Source of the DNA: Octopus sinensis
Taxonomy: Eukaryota
Direction of reading: 5' to 3'
Length of the DNA: 64,000 nucleotides
Assembly: GCF_006345805.1 (NCBI RefSeq)
Contig: NW_021831828.1
Span: 978-64,977 of the forward strand
In this document: one piece after another, positions 53,559 through 64,000 of the stretch
How the letters are laid out: each line of letters begins with the position of its first letter
Numbering within the stretch: the first letter of the stretch is position 1
Notes under the pieces: generated by a model
What the model was told of the DNA's origin: nothing
What the model saw: only the letters and a program-made list of their open reading frames with translations
Database searches by the model: none
Program-made: the position numbers and the translations under genes

Positions 53559-56348
53559 TTTTTTTATTGTTTTTACTATTTGATAATAACTACAAGTTAA
53601 TTAATTAAAAGCTTCATGGGCGGGAAGCCGACGCGATCGAGAAAGAATTAGAGCGTACTATCGCAAGGGATATCCGCTCGAAAAACCATCTCGATTCGCG
53701 GGCGTCGCCTGTGATAGCAGACATGCGGGACCCGATCTCCTGAACGAAGCTGATTGCCTTACTGCCCAAGGAACCGGAAGTCTCAACCGCAAATGGAAGG
53801 AATTGGAACTTCTTCGTAAGTGAGGAGTACTTCCGCATCTTTTTGCATTCCGCGGTTGTGACAATAGATCACCAGGAGCGGAGGCGGACATCAGCAGGTT
53901 CTGAGGCGAGAAAGAGTCCACACACGTGGCATCCCAGGTGAGAGGCTTCCCCCTGTTGAAAGGAAACACAGTTATCCCGTCAGGCCTTTTTCCGTCCCCC
54001 CGATCGATCCCAGAGGGTTCAAGCAGGGAGGGGATTCCGGCGACTTCCAGGGCTCTCCTGATAAGGTCGTTAAGAGCGGCATGACGCGGGATGCGACCAG
54101 CACTGCGTCTACACGATAGAGCGTGCAATCCAAAGCGACAGATTTTCGCGCCACAGCGGCAGACATGTGGCTCGCATAGGCGAAGACCGAGACGTAAACA
54201 AATTCCAGTGCGTACGGACTCGCTGTCCAGAAGGTTCCCAATGCTCGGCAGTGGAGTGGCATTTAGCCAGGCTCCGCTGTGAGGGCGACATGCCGTCTCA
54301 AAGCAGGCCAAGCGGTGTTGGTAGAGAGATTTACGTAAAGATTGGATTCGGGATTGTAGGCGGACTTCGTCCCAAACAAATTGCTTATACTGATCCTCTG
54401 GGATTTCCAGTCCTAGCGAGTGCCACTTTAGGACCGCCGATGATAATTCAGAGGGCACGTAATGTTCAAAATCGGTTAGTAGAACCGTGCCCATGAGTTT
54501 CTGGCATGAAGAAAGTGACGACAGGTAGGCAGGCAGTGCAACATCATTCGGGCACCAAATTCCAAGGCCTCCGTGGCGTATGGGGAGTGAAGCTTGACTC
54601 CACCCCAAAGAGTCGAACTCGACATTGCATATTGAATCGATCTTCGAACGAAGGGAGTCGCCGAGATCAGTGAGAATGTCCTCATGTAGGTAACAAGGTG
54701 CACTTCTGAGGGAGTAGAGTAATTTAGGCAGGGCTAAGAAGTTTCTCGCAAGAAACAGGCCGACGTGGCTGTCCAAAAACGTGAGGCGGTCCAGCAAAAT
54801 AGTTAGCGTGGAATGTTTAGTAAGAAGATCAGTCTTAATAGCGGTCGGCAGGATGGGGGATCCGAGGATCCGGAGATCATTTACATCAGTCGTGCGCACT
54901 TGACCAAGACCAGTGCGGAGGGACGATGATAGGTCGTCAAGGCGTTTATCAGGAATGTTGAGACCGACTAATTCTGATTTGGTGGGGTTAATCTCCAATC
55001 CAATCCTCAGAAGTGCAGGTGCCAACGATAAAGTGTCTCTTAAAATCGTCTCTGGGGAGCCGCCAATAGTGGCATCGTCCAGATACCAAATATTCAGTTC
55101 GGAAGAAACCGACCGAGCTATTCCATTTATTCCCAATGCAAAGAGAAGGGGACCTAGTGGATCGCCCTGTTGAATTCCCGTACTTGAAGGAATAATATCC
55201 GAACCGAATACTAGAGAGCTAGGTCTTCCATATGACAAGAGCGCCAGGGGGTACAAAACGGGGAACTGGTCGTAGCAAACTGACAGGAAGTGATCCCGGT
55301 GGATGCAGTTAAATGCGTTCTTGATATCAAGTTTGAGAAGTGCCCTGTCATGGCGAGAATCGGCTGACGCATTGGCGATATAACATCTCATTGCGTGGGC
55401 GGCGCCTTCACATCCATTTTTGACAGCAACTCCGAGTTGAACAGGTCCGAAAAACGCGCCAAGATCAGAAGAGACGAGCCTGCAAGCAAGCTTAGCAGCC
55501 AGCCTCCTGAAGACATTTCCGACAGCGATGGGGCGAACTCCACCATCGGTCTTCCTCAAGGCAGTGAGATTGGCAGAGAAGAATAAGTCACGTGCGTACG
55601 GGATAAGGTCGCCGGAGAAAAACCGATTGCAAAGAGCAGTGATTGCCTTCACCAGGCGGGTTCTTGCCTCGCCTGTAACCGGGGACGTCAGGTCACGTAG
55701 GTGGCCAGGACGAAGACCGTCCACGCCACCACTGCTGCTGAGGGGGAAACTCGCGATGCAGCTTAAGATCTCCGAGGGTGTAAAGGAATGTGTAGGGGTT
55801 TCAGAGAGGACTGGCAAAGCACGGAGGTCGGTGGGGGCAGCCGGATGTTTAAGTTTGAGTGACTCGAGAAGCTCTTCCGACGGAGGTAGAACAATGTCAT
55901 CGGAAGCGACAAGGCGAACAGCTGCCTTAACATCATTTTCCATAAGCTTGGCGTGGACTTTATTACGAAGGTTTGTGCGTTCAGGTTTATTCGTTAAAGG
56001 GGTCTCAAGTTCAACGGGGGGAGTAAGAAGAACCGTGAATGGATTTTTGTCGAAGAGGGTTAAATTTTCCTTTAATTGCGAAGTCAGTGAGCCGCGCTGC
56101 TTCGAATTAGGTTCCCTGTAGGGTGTGCCAATTGCCATGGAACCAAAGCAAAATAATTTCAGCCAATCAGCAGGCTGGTCAGAATCAAGGGCGTTTACAA
56201 TGGTCTTCGTGAGCGAGTCGGCGACGGCAATCCGAGCTGCTTTCGGAATTTTTATGCATATCTTCCGTGCGCGGCGCAGACCGGCAACAGAGGATAACAA
56301 ATCTTTGAAGGGGATGTCACAAACAACCGGACGAGACGGAAGTGGGGG
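53559..56348 (-). mobile_element. Long CRE-clade non-LTR retrotransposon (RT + CCHC + RLE), one frameshift near the C-terminus
   Basis: 880-aa ORF with GVRPIAVG, QQGDPLGP, WYLDD, CRCG..H.LSC..RH and GKRPDG..WDATC; true C-terminus in ORF 53614-53838. Short poly(A); TSD TAATATTTTTACTT at 53545-53558 and 56377-56390. Confidence 0.92.
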
Positions 56349-56956
56349 ATATTTTTACTTAATAATAATTGTGTATTAATATTTTTACTTAATAATAATT
56401 GTGTATTAATTATTAATTATTTGGAGGAAAAAATCAAGAATATGACCAAAAATGTACCATACCGACAGTTAAAGCACAGAGGAGGCAGCATAATGTTATG
56501 GGGGTGTTTTTCGTCTCAAGGAGTGGGTGAACTATTTTTCATAGATGGAATATTAAGTGCCAAGATGTACGTCGAAATTTTGAAAAATTGTTTAGTTTCG
56601 TCCATCAATAAATTAAAGCTAAGAAGCAATTGGACGTTTCAACACGACAACGATTTCAAACATAAAGCTAAAATAACTAGTGAATGGCTTAATAATAATG
56701 GAATAAATGTTCTGAAATGGCCTAGTCAATCTCTTGACTTAAACCCAATTGAAAATTTATGGAAAACGTTAAAAATAGAGGTAAGAAACCGAAGACCTAG
56801 AAATATAGTGGACTTAAAAGCATTCTGCCGTGAGGAGTGGAATAAAATTTCCAAAGAAGAATGCTTTAAATTAATAGATACATACAAAAGAAGATTAGAA
56901 GCAGTAATTGTTGCAAAAGGGCATGCAACAAAATATTAATAAGGCATCGTGCCAAC

Positions 56957-58810
56957 TAGGGCGAACTAAGTTAAAAAAGTTAAAATTTAATAATAGTAAA
57001 TAAATAATAATTTAAATGATTTTTTAACTATATTTTATTATAAATAAATGCATATTAAACATTATTATTAGGTTAAAAAGTTAAAATTTAAAATTATAAG
57101 GTTAAAATTATTTTAACCTTATATTTTTTGATATAATTTATTAATTTTTTAAATTAACAATTAATAATACATTCTGTAACAAAAATTTTTGGTTGACATG
57201 CCTAAGATAGCAAAATCGTATCAAATCAAAGCTAAAGCCATTGTTAAGGATTATCCTCAAGAATTTATGATTCTTGAGGATGGTGTATTATATTGTCGTC
57301 TCTGTTTGTGTAATATTAAATGCGAAAAAAGGCATTTTGTAAATTCTCATCGATCCTCACAGAAACATCAAAATTCATTGAGTTTATTCGAAATAAAAAT
57401 TATTTTTTGTAGATTATCTGACCACATCACACCAAACAAATATTGACCAATATGCCAAAAATGATGATTGGGCTCTACAAGTAACCAGAGCATTCATTAA
57501 ATCCGATATTCCGCTAAACAAACTATCTATGCCATGGCTTAGAGAATTGTTTTACGGAGGTTCTGTGCGAGTACCCTCACCATCGAAGGCTAGAAGCTGT
57601 GTCAATCAAATCGCAATTGATCAAAAATTGATAATTCAACAAAAAATTGTGTATAAAAATTTACTTTATTTCGTAGCGATCAAAAGGTTTTTGCTATTGC
57701 GGATGAAACACAAATTCGTGGCCAAAGATACGTTGCTGTGATGATTGGATCGTTAAATTCTCCTGAAACAACATATCTGATATCGTTTAAGCCCGTAGAA
57801 TCTGCTCCTAACAAGAACATCATTGCTCAAATAGTCGACGATGTACTTCGGAATAATTTGGTTCAAAGGGAAAATTTCCTTTTGTTAATTTCGGATGCCG
57901 CAAATTATATGAAATCGGGTAAAATTTCATGTTTAAGTTTTAGCTGGCAAAATACTTAAAAATCTGTACCCCAAGTTATTCCATGTCACATGTACTGTTC
58001 ATCTATTACACAATTGTTGTGAGAAAATAAAAGCTTCCTATCCGGAAATTGATTTGATGATTGCTACTGTACAAGCAGCAATTAACAAGAACAATACAAG
58101 AAAACGAATATTTAAAGACAGAAACATCGCCATTCCACCTCGTGTGCATTTGACAAGATGGGGGAGTTGGCTTAAGGCCGCTACTTACTATTCAGAAAAT
58201 CTGATCGGAGTACAAAATATTTTCGCATCATTCGCGGATGATGGATATCTAGTTCGAACAGCCAAAGAAAGTCTTCGAAACCATGTATTAGTGAGCAGTC
58301 TATGTGACCTTATCCGAAGCTATTCAAACATTCCAGGTTTTCGAGTAAATGTCGCTATTGCAGATATTATTACGAAATTTGAAAGTACGCGCTTCACAAT
58401 TGAACAGGCATATTATTGTTTAGAATCGTTGGAATTTGGGAATGACAACAAATTTATCAAAGAATACATAATTCAAAGGCTTAAAACAAACGATATTTCG
58501 AACATAATTAGAATGACTAATTCACAAATATCTCCTGCCGAGTATGCATTACTTCTGAATTGTAAGCCGACCTCTTGCTCGGTTGAAAGAACTTTCTCTC
58601 TAATAAAGAGTTTTCTAAGATCCAACCGAAATTTTCTACAAGAAAATTTAGAAAATCATGTAATTTGTATGTGCAACAAACATTTTTAGTGTTTTTATTG
58701 TTTATTTATAAAGTTAAATTTTTGGGTTAATTTTTTTAGTTTTTAGGTTAATAAAGTTAAAGTTTTTAGGTTAAAATTTTTATTTTTCAGGTTAAAAAAA
58801 AATCGCCCTA
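56957..58810 (+). mobile_element. hAT (Ac-type) transposon with CGGBP1-like zinc finger, inserted in the Tc1 right TIR; transposase frameshifted
   Basis: TIRs TAGGGCGA / TCGCCCTA; 8-bp TSD GTGCCAAC at 56949-56956 and 58811-58818. GVLYCRLC..C...H....H finger, LISDAANYM, TSCSVERTFS; subterminal GTTAA repeats at both ends. Confidence 0.88.
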
Positions 58811-58899
58811 GTGCCAACACTTATTGACCCTTAAATAACGCTAAAAATTAAAAAAATGTTTTTTCTTTGTCAATTATCGCTAATTTAAAAGATTTAATT

Positions 58900-59590
58900 C
58901 GCTTGCCAAGAAATTATATTTATGTAATTTCTTGACTTCAACGTGCTTTAAAGATTGTTCAGAAGTTATTCAAACTTTGATAAGCATAATAATGTTTCAA
59001 ACTTTGTCGTAGACAAAATATCCGGATTATTATTCCTAACTTAAAACCCGTCTTGATCGTCGTGTCCATTTGTCTTTCGATCACCTCAATAGAGACAGTT
59101 TAGTGAACGGAGTGGGTCTTCAATTTCCTAGACTGTTTTATCCCATATTGTCGGCAGATGTCCACGTGAATGCACCCTTCAACCTCATTGTGGCGACGCA
59201 ATCATAACTGTTCAACATTCTGCCATATTTAATAACAAGATGATCCAAAGTATTTTTGGCGGGGTGTATTGGTTTCGACTACTACTTCCGCTGTCAAAGA
59301 ATAAGTTTCGGTGCTGACTCATACACAGCATTCCCTCCGACCTAGGAGAGTTATTCCCATGCAATAACCACCAGGACTACTTCTTCAGATCAATGTCCAA
59401 ATCATCATAGCAATTAAATAAATAAAAGGAACTTTTTTCACAGTGAAGAAGCTTTGTTTTTATCTGCTCAATTAAGTACTTTCCTTGCACATCTTTTAAA
59501 ACGTTCAGTCTGCGGCTTTCCGGAGTTGAATTTTGGTACTTTCTGGATAGGAATTTCCTGATAATGGCTAATTTGTGTTTCACCATTTTT
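58900..59590 (-). mobile_element. R4/NeSL-type RLE retroelement, upstream part of the copy split by Tc1
   Basis: WWLLHGNNSPRSEGMLCMSQHRNLFF, TLDHL, RRHNEVEGCIH and NNPDI...KKLHKYNFLA across frameshifts. Confidence 0.7.
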
Positions 59591-59829
59591 CCCTCAAAAA
59601 AAAATGTCCGTGTCCACCCGTTTGAGTATATCGATGTTTGTTACTTTGGCCCCCCAAGGGATTCTCAATAAACCCCTCCAGCACAAAGTTCTACGGCATT
59701 AATTCTTCTGTTTTATTCAACAAAAATAAAATATTTCATTAAAAAAATATAAATTGTTATTTCAAATTGTTTTAAACAGAAAAAAACATCTAAAAATAAA
59801 ATTAAGTTCTTATCGTTGGTGCACCCAGG

Positions 59830-62800
59830 ATAATTGTGACCGTCAACGCTTTTTTCGAGTTTACGATTTTTTGTTTTTGAAAGTTGTCTAAGCCTTTTGC
59901 ATTTCCTAGCCCCATTCTGACATTTTTAAGATCATTTTGTATTGTTAGCGGAGGCTGTACGTGGACTTCCTAGAAAAGAGTCTGTGCCTCAAAAATACGA
60001 TTTCATGATGTCATTTGCAGGAACAGCAAGGTCAATTCTTAAAATATGTTCAGGCAGTGGTTATGGACCATTCCTTATAATAGTAACCAATCTGATTTTC
60101 ATATATTTGTCATTTGATTAGTTTTACAAGAAAGAAAAATCCTTATTGGTCGATACCCAGCGAGTTTTACTTGACCACGGCGACTTAATAATTTACTTGA
60201 ATAAAGTAAAATATTTTTGAGTAAATACTGATCTCTTTTCAGCATAGAAAAATAAATTTTGAATTTTTTGTAAAACAAAAAATGATTAATTTACGTCAAT
60301 GTTCTCATCGGTAAAAGTCTTAAGTATCATATTGCAGCGAATTGGCTTAATAGAATGAATCAGGGACAACGAATTAATGTTTTGTCCTTTTTTCAAACAA
60401 TCAAAAGCCTTAAAAAGTCAATATGATTTAAAACCACATAATCTATAAAAGACGATCGCTTTATATTTGCAGATTGTTTTTTAGACAAATTACGACCACT
60501 ATTTATTGGCCAGTCCACAATTGGATGATGACTTACAGGAAAGGTCGTATGAGGAAGTTGTTCATCCTCGTACTTATTACAATCAGACAATTAAATAAAC
60601 AAACCTGGACATTCGAACTCGACAAATGTCTTAAATTTCGGAGAATTGCAGAATTTGCAGATTGTATATAATGCATTCTGTGAGACCGTAGAGTAGAGTA
60701 TGGTCGTGTCATTGGTTTTTCCAAAGCTTCTTCGTCTTGATTGTCTATTTTTGAAACTTTTTCTTCCTCGTCATATCGTATTTCGACAGATTCAAACGAT
60801 AAAAGTGCTACAACACTTTTTGTACATATAAAAATACTTCTAAATATTAAAGATCATTACTTATTTTCAGAAACGTATAATTTTTTAATCGGATCACATT
60901 TTGCAGTAGCTCGAATCACTTTTATACACTGAGCAGAGCGGAAATTCCAAATTCGTATTTTCCCATCATAACAGGCAGTGACCACTCTGAAGTAAACAAG
61001 AAAAGCACTCACAGCCACCCTAAATTTGATATTTCAGACTAACTCTGGGTGTGGAAGGCTCATTATTTCACTGATCATCCACTCTGACTTGTTCCAACAC
61101 TTCACCGTACAGTCTCTTGATGACGTCAGCAGATATAAGTCTGTGAGTGAGATTGCTGTTATTGCTGAATTGTGTGCTTTACAAATCTGTAAATTCTAAA
61201 TTTTGGCCATACTTTTTTTAGTTTATAATCTTGAAGCGAATATATTCTCAAAACTCCTGTCTTGTCCCCGGAAGCCATAAAATCGGCGTCAACAGCAATC
61301 CTTACAATTGGTGTGAAATGTTGGAAAGTATGAAGACATTTTCCAGTTAAACTGTCCCAAACTTTAAGTATTGGAAAATCCAATTCTACCTTTGCACGTG
61401 CAATCAGAGGATGCAGAGACGATTATGTTAAAAGAACTTTGTATGTCGTTCACCGTATTTCTGTGACCAATGAATATTTTTGAGCACTTGTTAGTATTTA
61501 AATCCCATTTTCTAGTGAAATAAAATATTATAAATTACCTTATTGTGGTGTCGTAGCTTGCAGAATAAACGACGTCAGATGTTACTAAAAGCGCTCGAAT
61601 CGAACCCACATGTCCTTTAAAAATTTGAGTGACTTTTTGGTAGTTTTCGTCAAATTTCACCACATTGAATGAATTTTGTTTTCCGGTTATTGCTACAACC
61701 TTTCCTTGTTCACCAACACCAGCAGAATACTTCTCTCTGCTGCACTAAAAGTGGGCATTTCAAAAGAACAGAACCATTTGAATAATGGAATAAAATTATA
61801 TGGTTGGAAGTATATATTCCGTTCTTCCAGTTCGACTGATTTGTATGAAATACGCTCTCCTGATTCCAGATGCGTCGGAATATCCATTTTTATGAAACTT
61901 GCATAGTTTTTGTTATAAACTTCACCGGGGAAAAACTAAAAAAAATAGTTTTACAACACAAACGTGTAGAATAATATATTTTTTGTGGTTTCTCATAGCA
62001 ACGCAGTCTTCTCGGAACTCCTTTACTTTAGTGTTCCAAAGACGAGAGACTAAAGACAGATTCCCAAGGGTCTCGTTGTCCAGCATTTGGAATAAATACT
62101 TTAATAGGTTATTAGGCAACTTTCCTATCAAATCAAATCGTGTGCTACATTGGTAGTCAACAGGAGAATACCTTTGTTGCTGATTGCTGTGGTCTTGGTA
62201 CTTGGAAGTTTTACTAATATTTTTAAAATTATTTCTTTTTCTGAGGAGAGAGGTCAACTTGACCAAGACAAACAAAATGTGAAATGATTGAACGTTTTTA
62301 AGTATTTTTATTACAAATTTTATTTGAAGCACTCCTGGTAGAGATCCAAACCATTGAAAAGTATCTTCGATTAAAATTCTTGCGGCATTTGACGGAATTG
62401 CTCTGTCTGCACTTGTGGATGGTGTGTCACATAGTTGGCGAAAATTATGCTGACTAATCGAATAGACATAGTCACGAGAAATCAAAATGTCTAGAATTTT
62501 GGAAAGCTTTAATAGTGAGTCGTAGTTTCTTATTCGGTTCAAAAGGCCATATAGAAAATTTTTTTTAGTTTTTTCACCAATTTGATAAAACCAAGTAATG
62601 TCTTGGAGTTTTTCTGTCAAACGACTGTCGTCCAAATTTTCTTGAAATATTGACAGGCTCGGAGATCTTGTGTATCCAACACAATTTTGGTTCATTAATC
62701 CAGTTATTTCGATATTTCCATTTTTATTTTGATATAATAAGAACGTTAATCGATGAGAAATCTAATCCCAGAAAACAAATGATTTATTGATATTAATTTA

Positions 62801-62931
62801 ACAGAGATTTGTGGTTTGAAAGTGCCGTTTCTATAGAAATTTTGACGCATTCTTAACTTACTATGTGATAAAACAATTCTTAAATAAATTGATTTTAAAG
62901 GTGTATTTGAAGCACCATTCATACAATCCAT
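59830..62931 (-). CDS. FBXW10-like: F-box/WD40 protein, FBXW10/CDRT1-like, multi-exon; ends approximate
   Basis: F-box DLIGKLPNNLLKYLFQMLDNETLGNLSLVSRLW; WD40 repeats (GHVGSIRAL, GHRNTVNDI, ACYDGKIRIWN); N-terminal WF...TKKNFLYGL segment. Confidence 0.72.
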
Positions 62932-63268
62932 TAGTAAAATGTTTTTGTTTAATTATACATTAACGTTCAGATGTATTGTTTAGATCAATCGTTTTTCATT
63001 TTTAAAAGATAATTGTGGTAAAGGAGTTTTCAAGTATACATACACTTTTAATCATAACTACCTGATACTTCTTTGAAGTGTCTATCCGAATTTTGACAGC
63101 AAATTGTGGCCAGGTTCTTCAGAACGGTTAGCTAGGACAACACTGTTTAACAAATTCTGTTTGAATTAAGTTACAATGATGATTTCCAATAACCCGTATC
63201 CATGCAAACTTGACTTGTAAAAACTTCACTCCGTTAGAAGCTAAGTACTATTTTGTCTTCTCGATCTA

Positions 63269-64000
63269 CAGTCCGACCCCAAAATGGGGCAGACCCCAGG
63301 GGTGGGGCACCCTCGGATTTTGGGGCACCCCCGCAATTTGGGGCACTTTATTCCAAAAGTACATTTTGGCAGAAAAAAAATAAAAATCGATAAAAAATTA
63401 TGGAATTTTTGGGGCACCATAAAATCATTTATAAGGAATTAAAAATAAAATAAAATTATAATAAATTAATTATTTTTTGTTTTATTTTCAATTTATATTT
63501 TTATTGTTGTGGTTATGGATTACGAAACTAAATTGAAGATTGCTAAAGAAATTTTGAAGAAAAATTTATCTGAGAGGCAACTAATGAAAAAGTACAACAC
63601 AAGTAAAGGAACAATATCAAGAATAAAACGAAATATTGTACCTTTCTTGCAACACGGCAATACTATTTCTGAGGAATATGACACATTTAAAGCCGATAAA
63701 GATAAATTTGATGATCAAGTCTTTGAAATATTTCAAAGACTACGCGTAGATAAAATTCCGATTTCAGGCCCTATTTTGAAAAAAATTGCCTTAGTTACAG
63801 CTTCAAAAATTGGATTTACTTCTTTTAAAGCTTCCAATGGGTGGCTTGATAGATTTAAATGCTGCAGTTTAATCGGGGAAAAACTTAATCCATTGATTAT
63901 TGGAAAATATAAAAAACCTCGGTGTCTAAAAAATTTTGATGTTCAAGATTTTGGGTTATTGTATTCATCTTCTCAAAATGCATGGATGACTGGAAAGACT
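63269..64000 (+). mobile_element. pogo/Tigger element 5' part with an in-frame internal deletion; runs off the window
   Basis: TA|CAGTCCGACCCC left end. Open frame from 63515: HTH, CENP-B-type HTH (PISGPILKK..A...F.ASNGWLDRFK), joined directly to CCSLIGEKLNPLIIGK...AWMT. Confidence 0.8.

Larger units (their letters stand above)
52590..58897 (+). mobile_element. Tc1 (DD34E) DNA transposon with long TIRs, carrying nested insertions; right TIR truncated
   Basis: TA|CAGTGGGCCC left end. Transposase 52967-56939 (WSDETKMELFG; FQHDND-34-NPIE) is interrupted and frameshifted. TIR segment 52741-52810 is the inverted match of 58811-58878. Confidence 0.88.

Noticed and set aside
53972-56379. Multiple + strand and alternative-frame ORFs over the long CRE
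   Set aside because: Antisense shadows of a relatively GC-rich ORF.

Overview
AT-rich eukaryotic, almost certainly animal, genomic DNA; nothing here supports a prokaryotic origin or a CRISPR array. Host genes I could reconstruct by hand: endoplasmin/GRP94, ARPC1, WDR4/Trm82, myosin regulatory light chain, a decayed cathepsin L, GALE, a nicotinic acetylcholine receptor alpha subunit and an FBXW10-like F-box/WD40 gene, plus two unidentified genes. Nearly all introns I could delimit are GT-AG and only 23-30 nt long. That size is best known from dicyemid mesozoans; other miniaturised parasites are not excluded. The centre (about 28,452-43,251) is a 14.8 kb strand-asymmetric satellite. Its 72-79 bp monomers form 7-mer (~520 bp) and 6-mer (~448 bp) higher-order units and kb-scale re-duplications, and a TGTC...GACA MITE with a 5-bp TSD was amplified with the array into three copies. 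The rest is a dense, nested transposon landscape: about nine divergent CRE-clade RLE retrotransposon pieces (the young ones with poly(A) tails and variable TSDs), R4/NeSL-type RLE remnants, RTE LINEs, a Ginger deletion derivative, hAT, Tc1, pogo/Tigger, Merlin and a Polinton-type integrase scrap. At 52.3-59.6 kb an RLE retroelement contains a Tc1, which in turn contains a CRE and a hAT. All calls come from manual reading; no searches were run.
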